Source: an uncultured Clostridia bacterium (lineage in GTDB: Bacteria > Bacillota > Clostridia > Oscillospirales > JAAYOS01). From it: 64,000 nt of DNA. The translations under genes and the position numbers were made by a program. This document shows, one piece after another, positions 45,559 through 55,466 of this stretch (position 1 is the stretch's first letter; each line of letters starts with the position of its first letter). The notes beneath the pieces were generated by a model. It saw nothing but the letters and a program-made list of their open reading frames with translations. It was not told where the DNA came from and ran no database searches. Location of the stretch: positions 20,689 to 84,688 of the forward strand of contig CALXFK010000064.1 of the NCBI GenBank assembly GCA_944387575.1, given 5' to 3'.

Positions 45559-46383
45559 ATGCTTCAATCGAGCGAACTGCGACTTGCGGTGCTGATAGAT
45601 GCGGACAACATTCCATACAAGAGTCTTAAAAGGATAATGGAAGAGATCGCGCTCTATGGGACACCGACGGTCAAGCGCATATATGGAGACTTTTCTCGCC
45701 AACAGCTCTCCGGCTGGAAAAATGAGCTTCTCGAGTGCGCGATAACTCCAGTGCAGCACTTCGGATACACCACCGGAAAGAACTCGACCGACAGCGCGAT
45801 GGTCATAGATGCGATGGACATCCTCTATGAGGGGAAGGTAGATGGGTTCTGCATAGTCTCGAGCGACTCTGATTTTACGAGGCTTGTCATGCGGCTGCGC
45901 GAGAGCGGTGTCAAGGTGTATGGATTCGGTGAGAAAAAGACGCCGAGTCCGTTTATAGTGGCGTGCGACAAGTTTGTGTACATCGAGGTGCTGGAGGACA
46001 AACAGTCCTATGAGCACCAGCCGGAGTACTCCGCTGATGAGCGCGGCGGGGAGCGAGCTGCTGATAGCCATTCGGTCCCTGCGGCGGAGGAGGCGAAGGT
46101 GCTGCCGGTCAAGATAGTGGAAATGATAATCTCATCGATACGCGACATATGCGATGAGGACGGATGGGCGTTTCTCGGTACACTTGGCAGCCTGCTGATA
46201 AAGAAACAGCCCGACTTCGACCCGCGGAATTTTGGATTTCGTTCGCTTGCCCCACTTGTAGAGGCGATACCAGTGCTCGAAACAGACGCGCGACGGACCG
46301 TCGGGTCGAGCGCAAAGCACATATATGTCCGAGAAAAGCGGTTTTCTACAAAGAATACAGCAAGAAAGTACCAGAGCAAATAG
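45559..46383 (+). CDS. NYN-domain (LabA-like PIN nuclease) protein with a C-terminal OST-HTH/LOTUS domain
   Basis: Sequence includes LAVLIDADNIPYK, GKNSTDSAMVIDAMD and IVSSDSDFTRLVMRLRESG. The C-terminal part reads WAFLGTLGSLLIKKQPDFDPRNFGFRSL. The ATG at 45559 has an AAAGGAG RBS. Confidence 0.75.
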   Translation: MLQSSELRLAVLIDADNIPYKSLKRIMEEIALYGTPTVKRIYGDFSRQQLSGWKNELLECAITPVQHFGYTTGKNSTDSAMVIDAMDILYEGKVDGFCIVSSDSDFTRLVMRLRESGVKVYGFGEKKTPSPFIVACDKFVYIEVLEDKQSYEHQPEYSADERGGERAADSHSVPAAEEAKVLPVKIVEMIISSIRDICDEDGWAFLGTLGSLLIKKQPDFDPRNFGFRSLAPLVEAIPVLETDARRTVGSSAKHIYVREKRFSTKNTARKYQSK

Positions 46384-46386
46384 GAA

Positions 46387-47217
46387 ATGAGAAGAAAAAG
46401 CACAATTTTCGCAATTGCAGCGTTGCTGACCGTACTTACCGGAACTGAGCTCGCGATCTCAAACCTCACCGTCGAGCTCGAGAATATTGAGGTGTTTCCG
46501 CGCGGGCTTCCCTCAGAATTCGACGGATTTCGGATCCTGCTGATAAGCGACACGCACGGCAGATACATGTTTAACAGGGATACGGTGCTCCGTCTCGTGG
46601 CGGAGGCGGAGCCGGATATTATTGCGTACACAGGGGACGCTGTCAACGACGGGCGGGACAGCGTGGATGATGCGGCGGTGTTCGTCGCGGCACTCTGCCA
46701 GATAGCGCCGGTATATTACGTGCCCGGAAACCACGAATATGCGTCGCTGAGCGACATACAGCTCTTCCGCGAATTCGGGCAGATGGGTGCGGTAGTGCTT
46801 CGCGATAGCAAGACGGTCATAGAGCGGGACGGAGCACATATAACCATCGTGGGCGCGGACGACATGAACGGATATGGCGGTATACGTCCGCTTAGTGAGT
46901 CGCTGGCAGGGGCGTTGCCGTCGGACGGTGAGTGCTCGGTGCTGCTCTGCCACAGGTATGACATGGCGGGGCAGGCGGCGGAGCTCGGTTTTTCATTGAT
47001 GCTTGCAGGACATGCACATGGCGGGCTTGTCCGGCTGCCGCTGGTCGGTGGGCTTATAGGTCCGGGCAGGGTGCTTTTTCCGCAAAATACAGACGGATAT
47101 TACGACATAAACGGGATGGAACTCGTGGTTAGCCGGGGACTTGGAAACACTGCGGGAGTGCCGAGATTCGGCAACAGGTTCCACCTGCCGGTGATAACGC
47201 TTCGCAGCGGAAGGTAG
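46387..47217 (+). CDS. Membrane-anchored metallophosphoesterase (YkuE-like)
   Basis: Motifs are ILLISDTHG, YTGD, GNHE and GHAHGG. Confidence 0.8.
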   Translation: MRRKSTIFAIAALLTVLTGTELAISNLTVELENIEVFPRGLPSEFDGFRILLISDTHGRYMFNRDTVLRLVAEAEPDIIAYTGDAVNDGRDSVDDAAVFVAALCQIAPVYYVPGNHEYASLSDIQLFREFGQMGAVVLRDSKTVIERDGAHITIVGADDMNGYGGIRPLSESLAGALPSDGECSVLLCHRYDMAGQAAELGFSLMLAGHAHGGLVRLPLVGGLIGPGRVLFPQNTDGYYDINGMELVVSRGLGNTAGVPRFGNRFHLPVITLRSGR

Positions 47218-47248
47218 CTGCTTGGACCAATGAGAGAGGAGGGTCAGG

Positions 47249-49363
47249 GTGCATATGAGAAATAAGCTGTGGATACTTCGCAGCGGTGACGAGGAGGCGG
47301 AGAAGAGTCTTGTAGCCTCCGGCATCCCGACCCTCTCCGCGAAGGTGCTGTCCGCGCGGAAGATACGCACGCCCGAGCTTGCCCACCACCTCTTCTGCTG
47401 CACGGCGGACGACCTGCCTGACCCAATGCTTCTTCCCGACATGCCCGAAGCGGCGACCCGTCTCCGCCTCGCGATAGAACAGGGGCAGCGCGTGGTGGTG
47501 CACGGGGACCACGATGTGGACGGTATCACCGCGACTGCGCTGCTCACCGGGTGGCTGCGCGCCAAGGGCGTGGACTGCAAGTCGTTTATCCCGGGGCGGG
47601 TGGATGGATATGGTGTCACACCGCAGAGCGTGGAGCGGGTGTGTGAATGCGGTGCACAGCTCATAGTAACCGTCGATTCTGGGAGCACAGCCTGTTCCGC
47701 GGCTGAGCGTGCGGCTGAGCTGGGCGTTGACATGGTCATAACCGACCACCACGAGTGTACCGGGGAGCGCCCGGCGGCGGTGGCGGTGGTAAATCCGCAG
47801 CGAGGGAGCGTTGCGCGTGAGCTTGCGGGGGTGGGAGTTGCGTTCATGCTCGCGCTCGCGGTGGACGGCGCGGAAGCGCGAGACACGCTGGTAGACAAGT
47901 GGTCCGACCTTGTGGCGCTCGGGACGATTGCGGATGTCGCACCGATGATCGGGTCAAACAGGGCGCTCTGTTCGCTCGGTATGGAGCGGATACGCCGCAT
48001 GGAGCGACCGGGGCTCAAGGCGCTGGCAGAGGAGTGTAAGGTCACGCCGGACCAGGTGTCGAGCAGGGCTATCGCATTCAGCATGGCTCCAAGACTCAAT
48101 GCGGCGGGCAGAATGGACAGCGCCTCAGACGCGGTCGAGCTCATGCTGACACAGAACAGGCACCGCGCGGAGGAGCTCACGAAGCGGCTCTGCGAGATGA
48201 ACAGGCAGCGCCAAGCGGCGGAAAATATGCTGCTCGAACAGATAGCCTCCGAGTTGGACAGGGAGCGGCGCAGCAGTGGAGACAAAAAAGTCCATTCGGC
48301 TCTTGTGTTCGTCGGAAAAGGATGGCAGCCCGGAATTGCGGGAATTGCTGCGTCCAGGATGAGCGAGAGGTATGCGCGACCGGTGTTCATGATATCGGTG
48401 GGCGAGGCGGACGGGCTCGGAAAAGGGTCGGTGCGTAGCGCTTACGGAGTGAGCATTCTAGAACTGATGCGGCGGGCGGAGTACCTATTTGAAAACTGGG
48501 GCGGGCACGAGTATGCCGCGGGCTTCACCATAAAGGAGGAGAATATTCCGCTATTCCGTGAGCTTGTAGCCGAGTTTTCGCTCGAGCTGCCGGTGCCTCA
48601 CATATACGCTGACGCGATGCTGGGTCCTGAGCTCATCACCCCCGAGTTGGTGGATGGTCTCGAGTGGCTGGAGCCGTTTGGGCTCGGAAACGAGCCGCCG
48701 CTTTTCATACTGCCCGACGTGGAGATAGATTCATATGTCCCGGTCGGATGGGGGCACAGTGCGCGCATGATAGTTCGCTGTGGCGGGCGCGAGTTTCCGG
48801 CGTTCTGTTTTGGGACAGATCCGTCCGCGCTCGAGATATGCGACGGGGACAGGGGGGATGCGCTCTGCCTGCTCTCGGTTTCGACGAGACGTGGTGAGCG
48901 GCAGGTCACCCTTGTACTGAGAGGCATTGAAGGTCCTCCGGAGGAGATGAGTCGATTTATAAGCGAGATGGTGCTCTTCCGCGGATTTAAGGACGGACAT
49001 GAGCTTACGCGCGAGCAGGCGCAGCTCCTTATGCCAAAGCGTGGGGACTTTGTGGGTGTGTTGCGCCACCTGAAGCGGGGGCTGCGTCAGCGGCAGAGAT
49101 TTGTGACCGGAATAAGTGCGATGTGCCGGCGCATATGCCGCGAGGAGCACCTGCAGCTTGGGTACGCGCGTATAATGGTGTGCCTCGAGGCGTTTGCGGA
49201 GACGGGGGTGCTGGAATACCGCGACGACGGAGAGACGGTCTCGATAGATCGTGTGCGCGATCAGCAGGCAGACCTCCGGCGTTCACCGACGCTTGCGAGG
49301 CTGCGCGAGAAGATCGGCGAACCGATAAGCGGTTCGCGCGCGGGGGACGATGGGAAGGAGTGA
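47249..49363 (+). CDS. recJ: Single-stranded-DNA-specific exonuclease RecJ
   Basis: DHH motifs are HGDHDVDGI, TVDSG and ITDHH. The DHHA1 motif is GGHEYAAG. Confidence 0.9.
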   Translation: MHMRNKLWILRSGDEEAEKSLVASGIPTLSAKVLSARKIRTPELAHHLFCCTADDLPDPMLLPDMPEAATRLRLAIEQGQRVVVHGDHDVDGITATALLTGWLRAKGVDCKSFIPGRVDGYGVTPQSVERVCECGAQLIVTVDSGSTACSAAERAAELGVDMVITDHHECTGERPAAVAVVNPQRGSVARELAGVGVAFMLALAVDGAEARDTLVDKWSDLVALGTIADVAPMIGSNRALCSLGMERIRRMERPGLKALAEECKVTPDQVSSRAIAFSMAPRLNAAGRMDSASDAVELMLTQNRHRAEELTKRLCEMNRQRQAAENMLLEQIASELDRERRSSGDKKVHSALVFVGKGWQPGIAGIAASRMSERYARPVFMISVGEADGLGKGSVRSAYGVSILELMRRAEYLFENWGGHEYAAGFTIKEENIPLFRELVAEFSLELPVPHIYADAMLGPELITPELVDGLEWLEPFGLGNEPPLFILPDVEIDSYVPVGWGHSARMIVRCGGREFPAFCFGTDPSALEICDGDRGDALCLLSVSTRRGERQVTLVLRGIEGPPEEMSRFISEMVLFRGFKDGHELTREQAQLLMPKRGDFVGVLRHLKRGLRQRQRFVTGISAMCRRICREEHLQLGYARIMVCLEAFAETGVLEYRDDGETVSIDRVRDQQADLRRSPTLARLREKIGEPISGSRAGDDGKE

Positions 49364-49369
49364 AATGCA

Positions 49370-51553
49370 GTGGACGATTATGAGAAATTGACAGCCGAAT
49401 ATGGGCGCAGAGTAGAGAACATCTGCGCAAAAATGTCAAAGACCGACGCGGACAGGGTGCGCGATGCGTACCGGTTTGCGCTCGAAGCCCATGAGGGGCA
49501 GACGCGCCGCTCGGGTGAGCCATATGTAATGCACCCTGTCGCCGTCGCGGAGATAGCGCAGGAGATCGGGCTGGACGTCGACTCGATAGTCGCTGCGCTG
49601 CTGCATGACGTAATCGAGGACACCAAGTTCGGTTTTGAGGACGTTCGTGCGCGGTTTGGGCAACATATAGCCGAGATAGTGGACGGTGTAAGTAAGCTGA
49701 CCCGCGTGCAGTACACCTACAAAGAGGATGAGCAGATGGAAAATCTGCGAAAGATGTTCCTCGCAATGGCGAAGGATATCCGCGTCATCCTAATAAAAAT
49801 TGCGGACCGTCTGCACAATATGCGCACCGCACAGTACTGGAGCGACCAGAAACGCCGCGAGAAGGCGCTCGAGACGATGGAGATATACGCCCCTCTCGCG
49901 CACCGGCTAGGAATGCAGCGCGTCAAATGGGAGCTTGAGGACATCGCGCTGCGCTGCCTCGACCCGATAGGGTATTCCGAGATAAGCGAGAAGGTCGCAG
50001 AGGTCGACCACAGCTATTCGCATTTTCTGGACAATGTCCGTGCGCGCATAGGTGCCAAGCTTGCCGAGGTGGGCATAAAGGCAGAGATACAGGGTCGCCT
50101 GAAACACGCTTATTCGATATACCGCAAGATGTATAATCAGCACAAGTCGCTTGCCGAGATATACGACCTCTATGCGGTGCGGGTGATAGTGGATGACGTC
50201 AATGACTGCTACAACGTGCTCGGCATCGTCCACGACATATACAAGCCGATGCCAGGGCGGTTCAAGGACTACATTTCGACCCCGAAGCCAAACATGTACC
50301 AGTCGCTGCACACTACGGTGATTGGCAGGGAAGGCATGCCGTTCGAGGTGCAGATACGCACCTGGGAGATGCACCACACCGCCGAGTACGGTATAGCGGC
50401 GCACTGGAAGTACAAGGAGGGGGTGCAGACAAGCGAGAAGGACACCGACCTGAAACTCGAGTGGGTGCGCCGTCTGCTCGAGAGCCAGGAGGACACCGAC
50501 GCTGACGAGTTCCTCAGCAACATCAAGATAGACATGTTCGCCGACGAGGTGTTCGTATTTACGCCGAAGGGGGACGTCATCAACCTGCCGGCGGGAGCGA
50601 CGCCGATCGACTTTGCGTACGCCATCCACACCGGCGTCGGCAACCGCATGAACGGAGTTCGCGTGAACGGGCGGATGGTGGGATACGAGTACCAGCTCCA
50701 GAACGGGGACATAGTCGAGGTCATCACCACAAAGCAGGAGCACGGACCGAGCCGTGGCTGGCTTGATCTTGCAAAGACGAGCGAGGCGCGCAATAAGATA
50801 CGCCAGTGGTTCAAGCGCGAGAAGCGGGAGGAGAACATCGCGGAGGGGCGCGCACGTTTTGAGGCGCAGCTCCAGAAGCTCGGGATATCCCCTGCTGCGC
50901 TCACCGAGGAGGTGTTGCCGTCGGTGCTCCGCCGGGTGAGCTTTGGTTCGCTCGACGAGATGTATGCCGCGATAGGTTATGGCGGGCTCACCGCGATGCG
51001 CGCCGCAAACCGTGTGCGCGATGAGCTGCTGCGTCAGGGTCGGATAGCGACCGGCAAAGCCGTCATTCCCCAGAAGAAGCGCCCGAAAAAGACCGAGAGC
51101 GGGGTCGTGGTCGAGGGAGTGGAAAACTGCCTTGTCAAGTTTTCGCGCTGCTGTATGCCGGTGCCGGGCGACGAGATAATAGGCTTTGTGACGAGAGGTT
51201 ACGGCGTGTCGATACACCGAACCGACTGTCAAAATGTCGAGACGCTTGGGCGCGCGCACGAGCGAGGGCGCTGGATAAACGTCTACTGGGCGGAGGAACC
51301 GGGTGAGCGATTCACTACCGGGCTTGAGCTCTCCGCGCGCGACCGCCAGAACCTTATTGTGGACGTGATGAACGCACTTGCGGTGCAGCACGTTCAGGTG
51401 GTGTCTATGACGGCGAGACGGCTTGAGGACGGGTTTTCGGCGATAAACCTCGCGGTTGAGGTGAAAGACCTCGCTATGCTCAAGCTGATAATGGCAAAGC
51501 TGAACAACATTCAGGGAGTTATACAGACGACCCGGAAGAGCTTCGAAGGGTAG
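49370..51553 (+). CDS. rel: Bifunctional (p)ppGpp synthetase/hydrolase (long RSH, Rel)
   Basis: The HD domain shows HPVAVA...LLHDVIEDT. The synthetase domain shows YRSLHT-like YQSLHTTV. TGS and ACT-like C-terminal regions follow. Confidence 0.95.
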   Translation: MDDYEKLTAEYGRRVENICAKMSKTDADRVRDAYRFALEAHEGQTRRSGEPYVMHPVAVAEIAQEIGLDVDSIVAALLHDVIEDTKFGFEDVRARFGQHIAEIVDGVSKLTRVQYTYKEDEQMENLRKMFLAMAKDIRVILIKIADRLHNMRTAQYWSDQKRREKALETMEIYAPLAHRLGMQRVKWELEDIALRCLDPIGYSEISEKVAEVDHSYSHFLDNVRARIGAKLAEVGIKAEIQGRLKHAYSIYRKMYNQHKSLAEIYDLYAVRVIVDDVNDCYNVLGIVHDIYKPMPGRFKDYISTPKPNMYQSLHTTVIGREGMPFEVQIRTWEMHHTAEYGIAAHWKYKEGVQTSEKDTDLKLEWVRRLLESQEDTDADEFLSNIKIDMFADEVFVFTPKGDVINLPAGATPIDFAYAIHTGVGNRMNGVRVNGRMVGYEYQLQNGDIVEVITTKQEHGPSRGWLDLAKTSEARNKIRQWFKREKREENIAEGRARFEAQLQKLGISPAALTEEVLPSVLRRVSFGSLDEMYAAIGYGGLTAMRAANRVRDELLRQGRIATGKAVIPQKKRPKKTESGVVVEGVENCLVKFSRCCMPVPGDEIIGFVTRGYGVSIHRTDCQNVETLGRAHERGRWINVYWAEEPGERFTTGLELSARDRQNLIVDVMNALAVQHVQVVSMTARRLEDGFSAINLAVEVKDLAMLKLIMAKLNNIQGVIQTTRKSFEG

Positions 51554-51594
51554 CATGACCGGGAAACGAAAATAAGTAAAGAAGGGATAGCGCT

Positions 51595-53301
51595 ATGGAT
51601 TTCATGAAAGAGTATGAGCGCTGGCTTGCCAGCCCGGTGCTTACCGACGAGGAACGGAAAGAGCTCGAGGCGATCCGCGGTGATCGTGACGAGATAGAGA
51701 GCCGGTTTTACGCGCCTTTGGAATTTGGAACGGCGGGTCTGCGCGGCGTGATGGGCATGGGTATAGCCCGCATGAACATCTACGTAGTCATGCAGACCAC
51801 GCAGGCGATGGCGAATCTGGTGCTCCGCGAGAAGGGCGAGAAGCGCGGTGTTGCGGTCGCACACGATTGCCGGATAAATTCGAGACGTTTTGCGGAGGCG
51901 GCGGCGGAGGTGCTCGCGGCAAACGGAGTAAACGTTCTGCTGTTCGAGAGCCTGCGACCCACTCCCGAGTTGAGCTTTGCGATACGCAAGTACGGCTGCA
52001 TCGCAGGCATCAACATCACCGCTTCGCACAACCCCAAGGAGTACAACGGATACAAGGCGTATTGGGAGGACGGCGCGCAGCTTCCGCCGGAGCCCGCCGA
52101 GACGGTCGAGAAGGAGAACGCGAAGATTGACGTTCTCACCGGCGCGAAGCGCATGCCGCTCGAGGAAGCAAAGGCTGCGGGGCTCGTGCGTATACTCGGC
52201 GATGAGACCGACGAGGCGTTTCTGGACTGTGCGCTCGGGGAGGCTATCGACCTTTCACATGTTGCGACGAGCGGTCTGAGCATAGTGTATACCCCATTCC
52301 ACGGGTGCGGGTATAAGCTCGTGCCGGAGGCGCTCCGTCGTGCCGGGTTCAGCTCCATATACCCGGTCGCCGAACAGATGGTCATAGACGGCAATTTTCC
52401 GACCGTCGTTAGCCCGAACCCGGAAAATCCGGAGGGCTTTGCGCTTGCGGTCGAGCTTGCGGGAAAGGTGGGCGCGACATTTATTCTCGGTACCGATCCG
52501 GACAGTGACCGCGTCGGCGTGATGGCGCGCGCGGCGGACGGCAGCTTCCGCGTGCTGAGCGGAAACCAGACCGGTTCACTGCTGCTCGATTATATTATAA
52601 ACGCGCGGAAAAAGTGCGGGAAAATGCCGGAAAAGCCGTTTGCGGTCGGAAGCATAGTTTCAAGCGATATGCCCCGGGTCATCGCGGAGGCTAACGGCGT
52701 GGAGTATTACAAGACCTTTACCGGGTTCAAGTTTATTGCAGAGTGCATAAACGAGAATTCCGCGCTCGGAAAGACCTGCATATTCTCGTTTGAGGAGTCG
52801 TTCGGGTATCTCATCGGCGACTTCTGTCGTGATAAGGACGCGGTGACCGCGTCGCTCCTGCTCTGCGAGATGGCGTCGAGTTACGCTGCGCGGAACATGA
52901 CCCTCATAGACGGGCTTGAGGAGCTCTACCGGCGCTATGGTGCGTTTGCGGAGAAGACGATAAGCAAGGTCATGCCCGGACTGGACGGCGCGGAGAAGAT
53001 GGCAAAGCTGATGGAGGAGCTCCGCGAAGGCAGGGTGGCGCTGCCCGGCGCACTGAAGCTCATTGGTCGGAGCGACTACCTCACCGGCAAGAGCTATGAC
53101 ATTGAAAGTGGAGAGTGGAGCGAGATGGAGCTTCGCGACTCGAATGTGCTTGAGTACCGGTTTGAGGGCGGCAGCAAGATACTCATTCGACCGAGCGGCA
53201 CAGAGCCTAAGATAAAGTTCTACATTCTCGCGCGCGGAGAGACAATGGAACGCGCGGAGGAGATCCGCAGTACGCTTGAAAAGTTCGTTGGCGAACTGTG
53301 A
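51595..53301 (+). CDS. pgcA: Alpha-D-phosphohexomutase (phosphoglucomutase, PgcA-like)
   Basis: The active-site loop is TASHNPKEYNGYK, the metal loop is DPDSDR and the sugar loop is EESFGY. Confidence 0.9.
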   Translation: MDFMKEYERWLASPVLTDEERKELEAIRGDRDEIESRFYAPLEFGTAGLRGVMGMGIARMNIYVVMQTTQAMANLVLREKGEKRGVAVAHDCRINSRRFAEAAAEVLAANGVNVLLFESLRPTPELSFAIRKYGCIAGINITASHNPKEYNGYKAYWEDGAQLPPEPAETVEKENAKIDVLTGAKRMPLEEAKAAGLVRILGDETDEAFLDCALGEAIDLSHVATSGLSIVYTPFHGCGYKLVPEALRRAGFSSIYPVAEQMVIDGNFPTVVSPNPENPEGFALAVELAGKVGATFILGTDPDSDRVGVMARAADGSFRVLSGNQTGSLLLDYIINARKKCGKMPEKPFAVGSIVSSDMPRVIAEANGVEYYKTFTGFKFIAECINENSALGKTCIFSFEESFGYLIGDFCRDKDAVTASLLLCEMASSYAARNMTLIDGLEELYRRYGAFAEKTISKVMPGLDGAEKMAKLMEELREGRVALPGALKLIGRSDYLTGKSYDIESGEWSEMELRDSNVLEYRFEGGSKILIRPSGTEPKIKFYILARGETMERAEEIRSTLEKFVGEL

Positions 53302-53312
53302 TAAAAAACGAG

Positions 53313-53341
53313 ACAGGGAACCCGGAAAGGGTTCCCTGTTT
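53313..53341. terminator. Bidirectional terminator between convergent genes
   Basis: An 11-bp stem, acagggaaccc / gggttccctgt, has A-rich sequence upstream and TTTG downstream. Confidence 0.7.
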
Positions 53342-53352
53342 GAATTATATGC

Positions 53353-54138
53353 TCACACAAACCGTTCAAGCTCCACCCGAAGACGCCCGCGACGGCTTTC
53401 GCCGGCAAATGCGGCGACGATGAGCCGCCCGTGTCCGCGCAGCGACACGAGGTCGCCCTCCCGCAGTTCGCGGTGCAGCTTGTCAACGGGGCGGTGGTTG
53501 AGCGAGACCAGCCCGCGCCGCACTGCGTCTTGTGCTTCCTCACGCGAGAGCCGGAATCCCGCCGCGACTATCGCGTCCAGCCGGGGCGAGCCGACGGTCA
53601 CGGTGACACGCTCGGTTTTTCGCTCCGGAGGTACGAGCTCGTTAAGCGGGAGCTCGGATGTCTCGAGCGGAAGCCTGCCTGCGCGGCTGAGGCTCATCAG
53701 CAGGAAGTCGAGGTTGGCGCGCAGGCAGATGAGACTGCTTGTGTGCTCGCCCACGATTATGTCCCCTATCTGTGCGCGTTCAAGCCCGAGCGACATGACC
53801 GCGCCGAGAATGTCCCGGTGACCGAGCGGGCGCGAGTGCGTAAGCCGCAGCGCCGCTACCGGGAAGAGCAGGTCGGAGCGGTCGGGCGGGACGCCGTCCT
53901 GCGCAGTGAACACTGCGACCGCGCGCTCAGCCCCGTCGAACCCGCCATCAAATGAGAGCTTCGCCTCAAACAGCGACCCCGCGGAGAGGCAGAGCGCCTG
54001 TTCCGCGGGGGTGAGAAAGCGACTGAACGTGCAGCGACCGGTGCGGTCGGCGCGCTCGGAGAGATCACACATGCGGCGAAGCAGCGCACGCTCGTCGTCG
54101 TCCGCGCCGAACCGCTCTATCTTTTCACGAAGCGTCAT
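53353..54138 (-). CDS. ylmH: YlmH-like RNA-binding protein with a C-terminal S4 domain
   Basis: Sequence includes MTLREKIERF...FSRFLTPAEQA and the S4-like RLDAIVAAGFRLSREEAQDAVRRGLVSLNHRPV. I chose the ATG at 54138 over the track start at 54216. Confidence 0.7.
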   Translation of the reverse strand: MTLREKIERFGADDDERALLRRMCDLSERADRTGRCTFSRFLTPAEQALCLSAGSLFEAKLSFDGGFDGAERAVAVFTAQDGVPPDRSDLLFPVAALRLTHSRPLGHRDILGAVMSLGLERAQIGDIIVGEHTSSLICLRANLDFLLMSLSRAGRLPLETSELPLNELVPPERKTERVTVTVGSPRLDAIVAAGFRLSREEAQDAVRRGLVSLNHRPVDKLHRELREGDLVSLRGHGRLIVAAFAGESRRGRLRVELERFV

Positions 54139-54170
54139 AATGTGTGTGTATTGGGGGAATCGGCGGAGGA

Positions 54171-55235
54171 TCAGACCTCGGTGACCCAGCCGAACTTGTC
54201 CGGCTCGCGACCCCACTGGATGCCGGTGAGCTGGTCATACAGACGCTGCGAGAGCGGACCGATCTCGCCCTTGTTTATGGTGTAACGCTCGCCGTCGTAA
54301 GCAAGCAGACCTATCGGGCTGATGACTGCGGCGGTGCCGCTGCCCCACGCCTCCTCAAGGCTGCCGTTCGACGCCGCCTCGATGAGCTCGTCGACCGGGA
54401 GCAGGCGCTCCTCGACCTCGACGCCCCAGTCCTTGAGCAGAGCGATGCAGCTGCGGCGGGTGATGCCGGAGAGAATGCTGCCCGAGTCGAGCGACGGAGT
54501 AACGACCTTGCCGTTTATCTTGAAGAACACGTTCATTGCGCCGACCTCTTCGATGTACCGGCGCTCAACGCCATCGAGCCACAGGACCTGGGAAAAGCCC
54601 TCCTTGGCTGCGCGCTCGCCCGCACGCAGCGACGCGGCGTAGTTGCCGCCGGTCTTGGTGTAGCCCATTCCACCACGGACCGCGCGGACGTCGTGGTTTT
54701 CTATCATTATCGAGACCGGATTGAGCCCGGACGCATAGTACGCACTCACCGGAGACAGGATTATTACGAACAGATATGTGTGCGACGCATGGACGCCGAC
54801 ATGCGGGTCGGTCGCGAAGATGAACGGACGGATGTACAGCGAGGTGCCGGGAGCGGTCGGTATCCAGCTCTTATCCAGCTCGACAAGCTTCTTTGTGGCG
54901 GTGACCGCGAGCTCGACGTCTATCGGCGGGATGCAGAGACGCTCTGCCGAGATGTTGAGGCGCTCGTAGTTGTCCCACGGACGGAAGAGCAGAGTGCGCC
55001 CGTCGGCGGTGTGGTATGCCTTGAGACCCTCGAAGATCTCCTGCGCATAGTGCAGGACCATCGCCGCGGGGTCGATCTCGAGCGGCGCATACGGAACTAT
55101 GCGCGCGTCGTGCCAGCCACGACCCTCGGTGTAGTTCATGAGGAACATGTGGTCGGTGAAGTAGTTGCCGAACCCGAGATTGGAATAGTCCGGCTTTTTC
55201 TTCGGCGAAGTGGTCTGAACAATTTTGATTTCCAT
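54171..55235 (-). CDS. ilvE: Branched-chain amino-acid aminotransferase
   Basis: Sequence includes FGNYFTDHMF, EGLKAY, the PLP-Lys context GGMGYTKTGGNY and GTAAVISPI. Confidence 0.95.
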   Translation of the reverse strand: MEIKIVQTTSPKKKPDYSNLGFGNYFTDHMFLMNYTEGRGWHDARIVPYAPLEIDPAAMVLHYAQEIFEGLKAYHTADGRTLLFRPWDNYERLNISAERLCIPPIDVELAVTATKKLVELDKSWIPTAPGTSLYIRPFIFATDPHVGVHASHTYLFVIILSPVSAYYASGLNPVSIMIENHDVRAVRGGMGYTKTGGNYAASLRAGERAAKEGFSQVLWLDGVERRYIEEVGAMNVFFKINGKVVTPSLDSGSILSGITRRSCIALLKDWGVEVEERLLPVDELIEAASNGSLEEAWGSGTAAVISPIGLLAYDGERYTINKGEIGPLSQRLYDQLTGIQWGREPDKFGWVTEV

Positions 55236-55466
55236 TTTCTGGCGCTTCCTTTCATGCCCGCGAGCGGGGCAAAAATAATTTGAAGAAAAAGGTTAAAAGA
55301 TATTTTATCACACTTCTTTCCATAAATAAAGACGGATAACGAAATTTTTTTGGCGGAGACTATCTGTGCCGGTGAAAGCTAAACGTTGAATTGACCGGGC
55401 GGTTGTGATAAAATATATTATGTATAGTTGTAAGCAGGGGGACCTGTTTTCGGAGGAGGTGCTCGT

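Noticed and set aside
55236-55466. A T-box or other amino-acid-sensing leader upstream of ilvE, and similarly a SAM riboswitch or T-box upstream of metY at 32130..32196.
   Set aside because: The ilvE leader is only about 70 nt after the best promoter candidate. It lacks a specifier loop and a T-box sequence with a terminator/antiterminator pair. The metY upstream gap is only 67 bp of AT-rich promoter-like sequence.
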